Shown one piece after another: positions 29,027-42,190 of a DNA stretch of 64,000 nucleotides. The notes beneath the pieces were generated by a model. It ran no database searches, was not told where the DNA came from, and saw only the letters and a list, made by a program, of their open reading frames with translations. The translations under genes were made by a program, and so were the position numbers. Source of the stretch: Octopus bimaculoides (taxonomy: Eukaryota); contig NC_068998.1 of assembly GCF_001194135.2 (NCBI RefSeq), positions 23,930,116 to 23,994,115 on the forward strand. Reading direction: 5' to 3'. Position 1 is the first letter of the stretch. Each line of letters begins with the position of its first letter.

Positions 29027-30506
29027 CAGGGTGTGGGGAATAAACTGTTGTCTAAATAATGTAAAAATGAAAATAACACCGATATCGCATTTTAGCAGAT
29101 ATATTTACAAAAAATTCATAAGAATATCTTGAAATACTACAGAGTAAATTTATTCAATAAAATCGCCATTGGCTTCAGACATGATTTCCAGACGACTTCA
29201 GAATCTTCTGCAAATCTTCTGGACAGTCGCCTTGTTTAAGTTGGTGAATGCTGCCATTATCCTTGCCCTCAGTTCATTGGTGTTACAAGGAGTTTTGTTG
29301 GTCTCTCACTCAACTGTACCCCACACATAATAATTAAAGGAATTACAGTCTGGGGAGTCAGGTGGCCAAATGTTAGGGGCAATATTGTTGCTGAAATTGT
29401 CAGACAGCCATGACTGGGTTCTCTTGCTTGGGTGGCATAGTGCAGAGTCGTGTTGCCAAACATAGGTTCTTCCAGCAGTCACCCCCTTGACTCAGGGCAG
29501 CACTATCTCCTCCAGGTAGTTAATATAGGGCTCCATGAAAAGTTGTTAAGAGTCCATACAAATCAAAAATATTGGTTAAAAATGTAAATAAAGTTGGAAA
29601 AGGCACAGATGTATATTTTAGAGAATGTTTAATCTTTTTGTTACAGTGAAGGATTTAAAATATAATTGGTTTCAATGTATCCATCTTATCAAATATTAAA
29701 AAGGATTTTTTGGGAAGTCAAGGAGAAAAAATTTTAGGGGTTAACAGTTTGTACCCATGATTTAGTTCTAAGTGAAATCTTATATTTGAGTCATTCTCAT
29801 GTAAATGTTTTGTTTATGTAGGTTTGGTGTGGGGTTAAAGAGTTCAAGTTTCAGGAATTCTATTGAAAAAAATGTGTTTTGAACTGAATAGGAAGTTTCT
29901 AGACATGTGAGGCCATGTGAGAAGATGAATGAAGCCGTTGCCATCACAAGTCATCGCTCCAAACACCATGATGCTGACTGGATGTTTGATTTTTATCACT
30001 CTCGGTACATGTTTTGAGGACACAGCAAGCCAATGGTTGTTCTGTGTGTTCACCATCTGATCTTGATAGAAAGTGTTCTTGTCTGAGAAAAACTAAAGCA
30101 TGTTCGGTTGGAAGGGATGCTTGAGTTTGTTCAAAAGATCCATAGCACAGTATTTTCTCTTGTCTTTAGTGGCTAGGGATGAAAATTGGCCATTTCTCAT
30201 CTTGTATGAGGAATACCAAATGTCTTCATGCACTACCTGCTTGATAAGAAACTGAGACACTCCCATGTCCCTGACGATGGATTTGATTGACTTGGATTAT
30301 TGTGAATCATGGCCTGGATCTCACCACCAAATTCTGAAGTTCTTTTCTTATAAGAATGATCAGAGTGAGTTTTCCAAGCTGCTGTGCCTTTGTAAACACC
30401 ATTACTGACCCCACTATACTCTGTAGTCGAGAAAATCAAAAACAAACAATGTGCATGCACGAAATTAAAAATATAAAATTGGCAACAACTTACTCATCGC
30501 ACCCTG
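29027..30506 (-). mobile_element. maT-type (DD37D) Tc1/mariner transposon, decayed, interrupted by a ~360-bp insertion
   Basis: TA|CAGGGTG left end and caccctg right end, with imperfect ~26-bp TIR. Transposase pieces KHPVSIMVFGAMTCDG, WQHDSALCH...WPPDSPDCN(P)F(N)YYVW; 37 residues between second D and third catalytic position (D to N here). Confidence 0.85.
29538..29900 (+). repeat. Unclassified ~360-bp interspersed repeat, copy A (inside maT)
   Basis: Roughly 90+% identical by eye to the reverse complement of 31397-31768. Confidence 0.85.
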
Positions 30507-30535
30507 TGCAAACATACATACATATACTTATACAC

Positions 30536-30700
30536 ATCATCATCATCATCATCATTGTTTAATGTCCACCTTCCATGCTGGCATGGGCTTTATGTTTTAA
30601 TAGGAGCTGACTAGGCAAGAGCCTGCACCAGACTTCTGTGTCTCTTTTGCCATGGCTTTTTACAGCTGGATGCCTTTCCCAACACCAACTACCATGATGA
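30536..30700 (-). mobile_element. RTE-type LINE/SINE 3' tail
   Basis: (CAT)n followed by gtttaatgtccaccttccatgctggcatggg...acagctggatgcc, homologous to 41867 and 50150-50320. Confidence 0.75.
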
Positions 30701-31129
30701 TGATAATGGTGGTATATATAGCAAAACAGGAAATTGGAAATTTGGGGCTTTTATTTATTCACCTTTACACATGCTTCATTTGCTAATGAGAATCATTGAT
30801 CTTTTCCTTTTAGATAGACATGTAAGCCAGGATTTACTGTAAATACCTTCCCTACATATATGAGGGTGCCTGGCATAGTGGCAAAGGTGCTTCAATCACA
30901 ATCACAGGGTCATGGTTTCAATTCCCGGACAACAACTGACATGTGGTAAACAGTGCTCCTGTTCAGGAATCAAGCAACGTTCATTTGATGGATGTAATGA
31001 ACATAAACATTTAACCACTATAAATAAATCAGTGTATAAATTGTTTAGTAAGAAATTGCAGAATTGCCTTTCTTGGAATATGAGAGACTACTATTGTCAT
31101 AGATATAGATATATGTAAGGATATGTCTG

Positions 31130-31181
31130 TCTCTTTCTCTCCTTCGCTCTCTTTCTTTCTCTCTCTTTCTTTCTCTCTCTT

Positions 31182-31245
<64 letters not shown>
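31130..31245. repeat. (CT)n/(CTTT)n microsatellite
   Basis: Direct reading. Confidence 0.95.
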
Positions 31246-31248
<3 letters not shown>

Positions 31249-31396
31249 CACACACCCAATACAATATACAAAATATATTTCCAAAACACTTAACCAACAC
31301 ACGCATTCACTCACACAGATAAAACAACATACACACACAGCTGGCCAAAGAAAAAAAGAAAACACACACACACACACAAAACTGGCCACATCATTA

Positions 31397-31768
31397 ATAA
31401 AAACTTCCTATTCAATTTTAAACACTTTGTTTTCAATAGAATTCCTAAAACTTGCACTCTTGAACCCCACACCAAACCTACATAGACAAAACATTTACAT
31501 GAGAATGACTCAAATGTAAAATTTCACTTAGAACTAAGTCATAGGTACAAACTGTTAACCCCTAAGATATTTTCTCTTTGACTTCCCTAAAAATTCTTTT
31601 TGATATTTGATAAGATGGATACATTGAAACCAATTATATTTTAGATCCTTCACTGTAACAAAAAGATTAACCATTCTCTAAAATATACATCTGTGCCTTT
31701 TCCAACTTTATTTACATTTTTAACCAATATTCTTGATTTGTATGGAGTCTTAACTAATTTTCAACTAT
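31397..31768 (-). repeat. Unclassified ~370-bp interspersed repeat, copy B (inverted relative to A)
   Basis: Matches 29538-29900; ends at a (TA)n tract. Confidence 0.85.
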
Positions 31769-31779
31769 ATATATATATA

Positions 31780-31905
31780 TAAAATAAAAGATGAAGACAG
31801 GTCTGTGAACATCAAGAAAGTGTATTAGTTTAATCTTTGGGAAAATGAAAAAGTCTTTCACATTTTGAGCCTACGCTCTTCAACAGAAAGGAATAAGAGG
31901 AACTC
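31780..31905 (-). mobile_element. Short Penelope/retrozyme-like repeat with decayed hammerhead motif
   Basis: Minus strand ctttctgttgaagagcgtaggctcaaaatgtgaaagacttt...attaaactaataca is homologous to 33120-33200; GAAA changed to AAAA. Confidence 0.7.
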
Positions 31906-32199
31906 CTAAAAGGTGTAAAAACTTCTGGCATGCACTTCATATACATACATACATACATATATATGTAAGTATGTGTGTGTGTGTGAATATTTATGAAGTG
32001 CATGCCAGAAGTTTTGAGATTTTTGGGGAGAAGCAGTTATACCCATCCTAGATTATTGTCATTCTAGTATAACGTTAGTATGCTTTTAGTGAGCTGACCT
32101 GTCAATCTATTTCATTCCAGACTGAAAAACATGACTATAACAACCCTTTGAATACATCCTGCTAAAAACTTCTTATCACAACTAACTAGCTTGCAGAAT

Positions 32200-32430
32200 G
32201 CATTTGGAACATGAAGACAAATCGGAAGCTTACTGTGCGATAAAGTTTTGTGTTAGGCAACAAAACTATGGTAGCTTATGAAATGCTCTAGATTGCTTAT
32301 ATAATATAGATGACCCAAGCCTTTTTATTTTACTGGAACAAAAGCCCTGGCAAAGCAATTCCACTGGAAAGCTCATGATGATACCTGTTCTGTGAGTAAG
32401 GGCATAATCTACATCCACTGAGTTGAGGCC
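32200..32430 (+). mobile_element. Decayed mariner transposase N-terminal fragment
   Basis: CAIKFCVR...YEML*IAY resembles the mariner HTH start; heavily degraded. Confidence 0.35.
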
Positions 32431-32660
32431 AGTTTTCTACTGCCTACTGCCAGTTACTCTTCCTGTCACCAACCCTCGCCTGTTTCCTACTAATGGTAAT
32501 ATTTCTCAATAGCCAATTATTTTACACAGAAAATAGGAAAAGAAATATACTGCTTGACAATAATGACATTAGCTTACAACTATCACATGATGTCATGACA
32601 AAGAAATGAAAACACAAACATATGTACTAGTGCAATTGCATGCACATTTTGTTTTTTGTT

Positions 32661-33016
32661 TTACCTGTTTCAGTCATAAGATTGCAGCCATACTGGGGCA
32701 CTGCCTTCAACAACTTTTAATTAAATAAATCAACTCCAGTATTTTTTCAAGCCTGCTACTTGCCAAACCACTAAGTAACTGGCATGTAAACACACCATCA
32801 CCAGTTGTCAAGTGGTAGTTGGAGACAACACTCACACACACACATCCACACATACATATACGATGGGTTTCTCTCAGTTTCCATCTACCAAAGCAATTCA
32901 CAAGGCTTTGGTCAGACCAAGGCTATAGTAGAAGATACTTGCTCGAGGTGCCATGTAATGGAACTGAACTTGGAACCAAGTGGTTGGAAAGCAAACTTCT
33001 TAACACATGGCCATGT
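32661..33016 (-). mobile_element. tRNA-derived SINE family 1
   Basis: Homology to 4262 and 21858. Confidence 0.85.
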
Positions 33017-33044
33017 AAACAGACATATACATACCTACATACAT

Positions 33045-33250
33045 ACATTCACCATGATAGATCGCTGACCACTACATTTATATTTTTTTTCTACTTGTTT
33101 TTCTCCTTGTTTTTCTCCTTATTCTTTCTGTTGAAGAGCGTAGCTCGAAACGTTAAAGACTTTCTCGATTCCCGAGCATTAAACTAATACATCCTTTTGT
33201 TGTTTACACCACCTGTCCTCGTCTGTTGTTGTTTTTTTCGTAAATTCTCC
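33045..33250 (+). mobile_element. Short Penelope/retrozyme-like repeat carrying a hammerhead-like motif
   Basis: CpG-retaining ~200-bp unit between ATAC microsatellites; second copy at 31780-31905. Confidence 0.65.
33123..33159 (+). ncRNA. Minimal type I hammerhead-like motif with CUGUUGA core variant
   Basis: Stem I UCUUU/AAAGA; CUGUUGA 33128-33134; extra A; stem II GAGC-GUA-GCUC; GAA-ACGU (palindrome)-U; GUU triplet. Confidence 0.55.
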
Positions 33251-33283
33251 CATACATAAATACATACATACATATGTATATAT

Positions 33284-33376
33284 NNNNNNNNNNNNNNNNN
33301 NNNNNNNNNNNNNNNNNNNNNNNNNNNNNNNNNNNNNNNNNNNNNNNNNNNNNNNNNNNNNNNNNNNNNNNNNNNN
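33284..33376. other. Assembly gap (N run)
   Basis: N run flanked by TA-rich repeats. Confidence 0.99.
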
Positions 33377-33416
<40 letters not shown>

Positions 33417-33423
33417 CACGTAC

Positions 33424-33700
33424 ATATATCATCATTATCCTAATCATCTGATGGCCATCTTCCATCCTGGCATGGGTTGTACTGTTTGATAGGAGCCAAC
33501 AGGCCAGAGGAGTATACCCAGCTCTACTGCTTGTTCTGGCATGGTTTTTATTGCTGGATGCTCTTCTAAACAACAACCACCTCACATAGTGGACTGCATG
33601 CATTTTTACAGCACCACAGATGATGCAGTCACCAAGAAACTTGCAAGACAAAGATCCTTTGAGAGGGGGATCGTATTGGAGGAGGTGGCTTTGTATTTCG
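33424..33700 (-). mobile_element. RTE-type 3' tail, decayed
   Basis: atcatcat...cttccatcctggcatgggtt...gctggatgctcttctaaac homologous to 41867-42190. Confidence 0.65.
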
Positions 33701-34217
33701 TAATGAGAGATTAGAGTGTGACATTACAGACACAAACAGGTGTTGTGCTGGAGAGGCTATGTGTATGTGTATGTGTGTGTGTGTGTGTGGTATAATTTAG
33801 GCATTAACCTCATGATGTTCATTTAAATCTTCCTTTGCTGTTATTGGATACCATATTCAACTCTACACCAGGATATCTTCTAAGGCTGCATAAACATGTG
33901 GAACTTGGCTATTTTAGAGAATTAATATAAGAATTATGTAACACAAGGATGGAAAATAGCAGACGTTAATAACAAATCACAACAATTGTTTCTACATCAG
34001 ACACCAGCTTTAAGTTGCTGGGTTTATATTTCTATATTATTATATAAGTTTATTCTTTAGAATTACTCTATAAATATTTTTCAGCAACAGCTGAGTGTAT
34101 GTGCTTCTCAGATGTCAGAAACAAATGTTGTGATTTGTATTAAAGCCAGCTATTTTCCATTCTCATGTTATATATAGTTTTATGATTATCTAATACTGTT
34201 CATTTTGATTAATACAT

Positions 34218-34312
<95 letters not shown>

Positions 34313-34832
34313 TACAAACAACCACATTTAAAACATTTCCAATGAGTGAACTTATTTAAATTCTATGTAAGATCTTCTCATTTAGTAACTACAAATTACA
34401 GCATTGTTTGACTATGGAGAATTAACAATTTATTGCGAAATTATAGAAACATTTGTTAAATATACACTTTTTCTCATTTGTTGGCCATCAAATGGCAGAA
34501 ATACTATTAATGGTAGGTGTATGATAATGAATGTTAACATAGAAAATCAAATACAATTTCTTTTGATATTATGTAATCTGTTCAATTATCTATTAATGCA
34601 TGATATTATCACTGAAATTTATAATAGCTGACTAAAATAAAGAATTTGTATCAATGTAATATCAAGAAATGACATAAGTGTTTCTGCTGTTAGAATGTTT
34701 AATAATTGGTGGATAAATTTGTCAAAAATAGCTTTAGTTGGGTTAGAGGATATCTCTTCCATGGTTAGCAGAATTGTTGATTTTCTAAAGCAATTTACAA
34801 GAAGTTGTTCGTAATCTTATTTCTTCTACTAG

Positions 34833-34941
34833 GTACAGCTGTATGCAAAAATTAGTTTCGAAAATGTTGATGATTTGATGAGAGTTGTGACAACAGCCAA
34901 GTTTTTAAATGAACAAGAATTAAATTTTCTTTTGAATGAAA
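34833..34941 (+). CDS. Candidate internal coding exon of unidentified gene
   Basis: ttatttcttctactag acceptor, GTAAAT donor; VQLYAKISFENVDDLMRVVTTAKFLNEQELNFLLNE with coding-like GNN bias; no homolog recognised. Confidence 0.25.
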
Positions 34942-35689
34942 GTAAATCAGTTTATAAGTGTATGATAATTGAGTCATAGCTAAGTACTTTATTGTTTGTG
35001 AACATTTTATGTGAAATCAGATTACATATAGATATAAGGATCAAGGCGTATAACTTTCCTCAGCTAAATTATTTAGTCTAGCTCTGTAAATTTATGATTT
35101 GATATACTTCCCATTGGAAATGAATAAAATAAATATTGATATATATATAAGGTTCTCAAAATGACTAACCCACCTCAACAAAACTGAGTTCTTGAAATGC
35201 TATATTTTGAGTTTTCTACACATCACCATGATTCCCTTCCCTCATGCACTGTCCCTATCTCTTCACATTCTCTCTATCTTGTCCTCTCCTCACCAGCAAC
35301 TGTATTGTCTTTAGTATGCCTGCTACTTGTGCCAACATACTCTTCTGTATCCTTCTATCATCCCCAGCTCATTACTCTCATCTCATCCTTCTGTCAACCC
35401 TACCCATTTTGGCAGTCTGCCCCTGCTATTCACCTTCCCATATAATCTTAAAAACAACCCTCTTGCTAACATATACTCAACTTGTGCCTTTTGGGATTAC
35501 CTAAGTACTATTATCTGTCTTACAGCACCTATTGATGATTTTGTTTTCTCTCCCCAATCATTTTTTACATGAGTAGCCATGCAGATTCCCTTGGCAGGAA
35601 CCTCCTTTGGCCCCTCCCTCATAGTAACTCCCTCATCTCCTAGCCTGAAGCTGACCCCACTACTACCACCGACCCCAGGTCTCATAGTC

Positions 35690-35900
35690 CTGCAAACTGC
35701 ATGATGACCTCAATAAGGCAACTGACATGTAAAAAGTACCCAATCCACACTATAAAGTAGTCGGTGTTATGAAGGGCATCCAGCCACAAAATCCATGCCA
35801 AAGCAGGCACTAGTACTCAATGTGGTTCTTGAATACATTGGTTCCAGTCAAACTACGAAAGCCATGCTAGCATGAAACACTGATGTTAATTGATGATGAT
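35690..35900 (+). mobile_element. RTE-type 3' tail, decayed
   Basis: gaagggcatccagcc...catgctagcatgaaacactgatgttaattgatgatgat homologous to 50150-50320. Confidence 0.65.
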
Positions 35901-38900
35901 TGACATGATGTTTGGTTTGATGAAGAATTTGAATTTGAGAATAAACTTAAATATATTTCTATGTGTTTAGTATGTGAATATTCATGTACTTTCCAAGGGT
36001 GAAGTATCACTTTTGAAGAAACTAACTTTAAGAGTTTTCAACATAATGCAACACAAGTTACAGAAGTTTTAAAGTTCATTGTCGAACAACTAGTTTTGTG
36101 CAGTCCAGAGAGTTAGGGAAAATATATTATGTAACACATCCTAATGAAGGATATTTCACAGATTTGAAATAAGAACTATATCATTGATTAGTTTTGTTTG
36201 AAGATATCTAGAATTACAATCAACTTTAAAACTAATTCTATTTAGAAATGAAATAATTACATTCACAGGTCTATTAGAAGGACTTGACATGAGTATTTTT
36301 GAATTATTTTTTTTACCTGTGGATCCCTTTGATTTCTATTTTACTTGGGTGGACCCTCCTAGCCATTCAATGCTGCAAAAATCTTATCATACTTTTATAA
36401 TTAAACATAATTAGGAATTGTATAAAAAAAATTGAGAAAATATTTTGTATATTGTAGATGTATAACCAATTTATTGCAGATAAATTTTATCAACAAAATC
36501 TTATATTGTCTTGCAGGGGCCACGTGGATCCCAGTTGAGAACCTCTGATTTATACTGTTAACAGCTGAGATGTAGCAATGCATTCCTTAAATTTTGGTTT
36601 TCTTAAAATTTTTGCAAAACTACTTCTAACCCTTTATCAACATTTTCCTGTGAAACATTTTTCTCAGTTCTAGATTATTTGCATCAAAATGTCTATTGAT
36701 TATTTGAAAGCTATCAACATAGCATAAAAATGTACTCAGCAATTAAGAAGTTATTAAAGCATGAGTAACATTTTAAATTGCCTGGCACTTCTCTTGTTTT
36801 ATAAGTAGACGGAAAAATTTCTAACTATATTTTATCAAACTCAATGTTTATATATATATTTGTAAAATAAACTGTTTTTCAATATTCAATTATTCTACAA
36901 GCATTTATAGGCTTATTTCAAAGATTAAAATTTCAGCATGCTGCAGTAAAAATGTTCAAAGTCATTGCTGTAAATGATTTGAAAGAATTTGGAAAGACGT
37001 ATACTCAGCAATAAGGTCAGGAAAGATGTATTCAGATTGTGGCTTTGTTTCCACTAATAATTTAAAAGCCACTCAAAGGACTTGCTAAGAATAGAAAGAA
37101 ATGAGTTTTTGCTATAATGGCTTGGCCTCAAGAACTGAAACACTCAGCACACTAGCTAGCAAAATACTTATCAATAATACAATATTTTCAGCTATCTTCA
37201 TGCACTAAGCTGCACCTACTGTTGTTATTGAAAGACTAGTTATCTAAGACATTGAGAGTCGACAATGTAGATTAAAGAAGTGATAATCTTTTGACATATA
37301 CTTTAGCAACCCGCCACTTGACTATCTTCAAATCTCATGTATATCAATACTTGTTTGTCAATCATTTTCATAGTGAAACAACATAAAATCAGCTATGATT
37401 CAAAAATTTGATAATAGAGTGAAAATATTTTAGCATTAGTCTCCAGCATAAGTTTGCAGAAGAAAAAATACTGTTTCAAATATAAATAATATATATATAA
37501 TGTTACTTCTTAAAAATAAATTTATCAATATTATAAGAAGACAGAAATGAAAAGAAGCAAGTCAACTTTGCTTCAATATATTTCATTCATTTCACTTACA
37601 ATAGCTTGAGGGGAAAATATTATATACCATTGGTATTTGTTCATTCATATAAGTAAAAGCACATCACTATTTGAGCAAGTTATTCTTTCTAGCAAACTCA
37701 GTATGTGGTTTTAGTAATCAGTGTTGGGTACTTATTTTTTATCATTTAAGCAACAAACAATATCAATTTATTTGTTTGTATATCATTGTATAGAATGTGA
37801 ATCATAAAAAAAAAGTTGTGTAATATATCAATAGGTGTTTATCAATTTTATCCTACTGTCACAGTGTCATTATTAGAAAAATGAAAATCATTCTGTATAT
37901 TCTATATAAAGTTTTCATTGATTGTATATGAGAAAATTTGTAGCAATTCAGAAAAATAGATTGAACTAGATTTCTGTGTGTTAGCAATAGTAGCAGTTTC
38001 CATTTTAAGTTTCCATTTTATTTTTCAACAACAAGATTATCTAAGAAGTTAAGAATTATATAGAATGAGTATATATCTTGTTTTTATCAAACACTGAAGT
38101 TATAATCTTTATTCATAATACAAATCTGATTGAAGCCTTTATAAAATATATTTCAACTTTGTTGAATGAAACATTACAACATTCACAGAATGAAGTCTAG
38201 ATATTCTAACATTGTAAAAATAGCCTTTTTCACCTTTTATCGAGAGAATCACACTGAAATCAATGCTGGAAACGCTTCTTTTGAAATTTGTTTCTAATAT
38301 CCACTTGCCCTAGCCTCTATACTGCTTAACTAATACCAACTTTGGCATCAGTTCTTAAATTTTTAGTGTTAATTTTGAAGATATGATGCTAATTTTAACA
38401 TATACTTTCTCACTAACACAAAATCATGTCTATCTTCCCTTTCCTACTGTAATCAATGTCAGTTTGAATATCTAATGGGGTAATGAATGTGTAATCACTG
38501 GAGAAACTTAGACTTTCTAGCATGATGAATTTCATTTATTTACACTTACAAATTTGTCATAGAATTTTGTTGTTTACAAATTTTGTTGCTAAGTATCTTA
38601 ACAAATTTTTTACTTGTATAGAAAACAACCTCTTTTACTATACTTCAATAGAATATGTAAAAGTTAGCAGCAATATCAAAGCATGCCTAAACTACAATTA
38701 CTCTTGAGTAAATATAAAATGCTTGTACTCCAGTCATAACATAAAGTATGCTCTAATTATTAATTCCTAAAACTTTGCCTCACGATCATGCATCTTTTAT
38801 TCAACTTTTACATTCTAGCTGTGTCCACAGTAAATTTAACAAATAATACTCAATGCTTTAGTTCAAAATATGATATGATCCACTAAAATTTCCAAGTACT

Positions 38901-39060
38901 CCTTGAATATAAAGTTTCAATATAAGAAAATGGCCTAATGTATAGAATACTGAGGTAATGAAACACCTTCATGTAAAAACAATTTTTCCATCAACAAAAT
39001 GTAAATTACCGAACCTTATATATGCTAGCATCAAAAATTGAATGTCATGCAACAGATGTA

Positions 39061-40290
39061 TGAAGGTTGGCTGTAAAGTTCATTGGTTGATCAAGATACT
39101 CTCATGGAATGTAGCCAAATGAGGTTTATTTTTCAACATAGTCCCCTTGTGGTCCATATATTTCTTCCAGCAGAGTTGCAATGCTTGGATCCCATTGGTG
39201 AAGAAATTTTTATCCAGTTGATCAAAACAGTCATCAACAGTAGATATAACGTCATCATCACCGCATTACTGGTTTCCAGTCAAGTGTTTTTTCCTGTTCG
39301 AGAACAGATGATAGTCAGACAGAGCCAACTCAGGAGAATAAGGAGGGTGACCAACCAGTTCAAAGCCACAGTCATACAAAACAGTCATTGAAAGCAAGGA
39401 CTTGTGTGCTGGATTGTTGTCTAATAAAACAAGACTCATTTTGTCAATTTTCCTGGGTGTTTAGTCTTTATAGCCTTTTGTAATTTTCTCAGGTAGTTGA
39501 CATACTACTCTCCCTTGCAGGTGTAGCCATTTTGAAGGCAGTCAATAAACACAATGCCTTTTGCATCCCCAAAAACTGAAGCCATCACCTTCCCTGAAAA
39601 TAAAACTGCATGGAGTGTCTCTTTGCTTCTGCTTCAAGTGATGTACTAGACACAAATCCTGAGTTAGGAAATGCATGAGGAAACCAGCTGGATCTGTCTC
39701 AAGCAATGTTAGGTTTTCCCATGACGTGATCCACTAACAGCACTTTTGATTAGGTGTCAGAGGATGTACCCACCAAGCAGAAACCTTTGTCAAGCCAAGT
39801 TCATTGTGAAGATTATTCTCAAGTCTCACAGGATATGCTTATAGCACTGACTATTTGATTTATAGTCAATCATCTATCATACAGCACTATGTGGTGAACA
39901 CCATCAATGGTTTCCTTTGTAGAGGCAATTTCAGGACGTCCAAACCTTGGATCATTTTCAAAATGTTCTCTTCCCCTCCTGAATTCAGCAGTCCGCTTTT
40001 GCACTGTTGATAAAGCTGGAACACCATCCACTAATGTAACTGCTATGTCAGTGTGAACATCCTTGGGTGTTAATCCCTTTCTTTCCAGCTATTTGATAAC
40101 ACTATGATATCAAACTTTGTCGATTTTCAAGAGAAATTATTATTAGTTACATTCTCTGAACGGTTAAATGTCAATTTACCTGCAAAGAAACACTGAAGGA
40201 TATTAATAAGTGTTTAGATTAATGCACACAATATTCAATAGCTTTAGAATTACTCCTTCATAGTCATATGAACTTTTCAGCCCACCCTCA
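39061..40290 (-). mobile_element. Full-length (~1.23 kb) mariner (DD34D) element, decayed
   Basis: TA at both flanks (39059-60, 40291-92); ~30-bp imperfect TIRs tgaaggttggctgtaaagttcat / atgaacttttcagcccaccctca; minus-strand QDNPAHKS...HPPYSPELALSDYHLF...GIQALQLCWKKY. Confidence 0.88.
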
Positions 40291-41792
40291 TACATATATG
40301 TGTGTGTATATAAACACACACACACATATATGCATACCTGGAAATTAATCCTAAGAAGGAACTGAACTTATCAAATGATATAACAAATGATTGCATCATT
40401 GATGTTGTACTATGCTGGAGAGAACCTACATTTTCAAGTAAGCAAGGCACTGAGAATGCTGACACCAGGTATTGAATACATTTATAGTCTACTCAATCTC
40501 TTGCTCCTTTTGTTTTACACAACTCTGGCTGTATTCCTTGCTTCTCTTGTTCTAACTTTCTTCTCTCTGCAGCTTCTCCACCATTTCAGCATGACCCACC
40601 CATCTTCTAGTCACCTTTTTAATTCCACAACGCTATCCCCATCACCACTTCCATTTCCTGACACTTAACCAATTGGTTATTAAGCTTCCTGTTACCCTCT
40701 TTTCGATATTTCTCTCATGTATCCCTCCACTCACCAATCCACTCACATTCAATTTTGTCATATGGAATAGCTCTGGATATGCTACCTCACACTAAACCCT
40801 AATCTTTGGTGATCCATCTGAACATTGATCACTGACTCTTTCAGCCAATCTGCCCAGGTCAGGCGTCCCTACACTCACATGCTATCAGTGGTGTTGCAGT
40901 TTCTGCTGCCTCACACACGGTTGAACACATCCATCCATATCCAAGAATTGCGTTTATTGCTGACCTGTCTTTATTTATGACCTGGCTTCTCTGTCACACA
41001 ATTGTTGATCAAATTGTGAATTTGGAGGAGACTTCAAACTATGACACTCCACTACAGCTCTGCACGTGGACGTATGCCATTCACATTGTAATGCCCCATT
41101 TTATGTTTCCTTTCCCATGCCTTTTCTATTTCTTTCTCTCATCACAATTTCTTCTGATACTTTTACCCTCCCCTGGCAATAAAACTGCTTCTCCAAATCA
41201 TATCTCACCTTCTCTTGACACCTCTATCCAATTTCTCTCCGCCCAATTTCCATTTTCATTTGCAGCAACTCTTTATTCTAGTGACATAGAAGGCACTCTT
41301 GCTACACTGTCCTTTGAAAAAGCATGCAATCCACTCTGCAAAATGACTAGTGAACCAAACAGAATCAATACAATCTTCAGAAGAATATTTAGCCTTGTTG
41401 AGTGCAAAACAACCTCTATAAAGTTAACACCAGGAATAATGACTTAACAACCTTTGTAAAGCAGTTAGCATTATGAAGGGCTGTAGAAACCACCCCAAAA
41501 AGATATGGAAGCAAGATGTGGTCCTCCAGCCATTTGGCACCTGACAAACCATTTAACACATGCCAGAATGGGAAATTAACATAAGAGGCTTATAATGATG
41601 ACTGTGTTAATAACATTCACACAAACAAACACACACTCACTCACATGCACACATATATGATATTTACAAAAGTGCACGCACAAAAAACAAACACACACAC
41701 ATATAATGCTTTTCATTTCAAGGTACCTTGTTTGTAATAAATGTCAATAATACTGTATATATAATTGGTCTTTTGTTCTCAATTTTCTCAAA

Positions 41793-41864
41793 GCAGATGC
41801 ATTAGTAAGGCAGATGCATAAGTAAGGCAGATGCATTAGTAAGGCAGATGCATTAGTAAGGCAC
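41793..41864. repeat. 17-bp minisatellite (gcagatgcattagtaag) x4
   Basis: Four tandem units with one substitution, plus a partial fifth. Confidence 0.97.
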
Positions 41865-41866
41865 TA

Positions 41867-42190
41867 TCATCATCATCATTATCATCATCGTCAACGTCGT
41901 TTAACGTCTGTTTTCCATGCTGGCATGGGTTGGGCGGTTTGACTGAGAACTCGCAGGCACCAAGCTTCAATTTGATTTGGCAAGGTTTCTACAGCTGGAT
42001 GCCCTTCCTAACGCCAACCACTCCAAGAGTGTAATGGGTGCTTTTTACATGCCACCAGCATGGAAGCCAGTCAGGCAGCACTGGCATTGGCCACACTCAA
42101 ATGGTGTTATTTGCATGCCATTAGCATGGGTGCCAGTCAAGTGGTACTGGCATCGGCCACGCTCGAATAGTGCTTTTTATATGCCACCTG
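41867..42190 (-). mobile_element. RTE-type LINE/SINE 3' end with (GAT)n tail and internal ~55-bp repeats
   Basis: Reverse-complement homolog of 49899-50320. Confidence 0.85.

Noticed and set aside
35200-35690. Pyrimidine-skewed tracts (also 40500-41350; purine-skewed 45150-45420) that may be ancient Penelope/RTE relics
   Set aside because: No motif long enough to assign; needs a profile search.
36270-36550. hAT-like MITE end gttgagaacctctg
   Set aside because: The matching left terminus and 8-bp TSD were not found.
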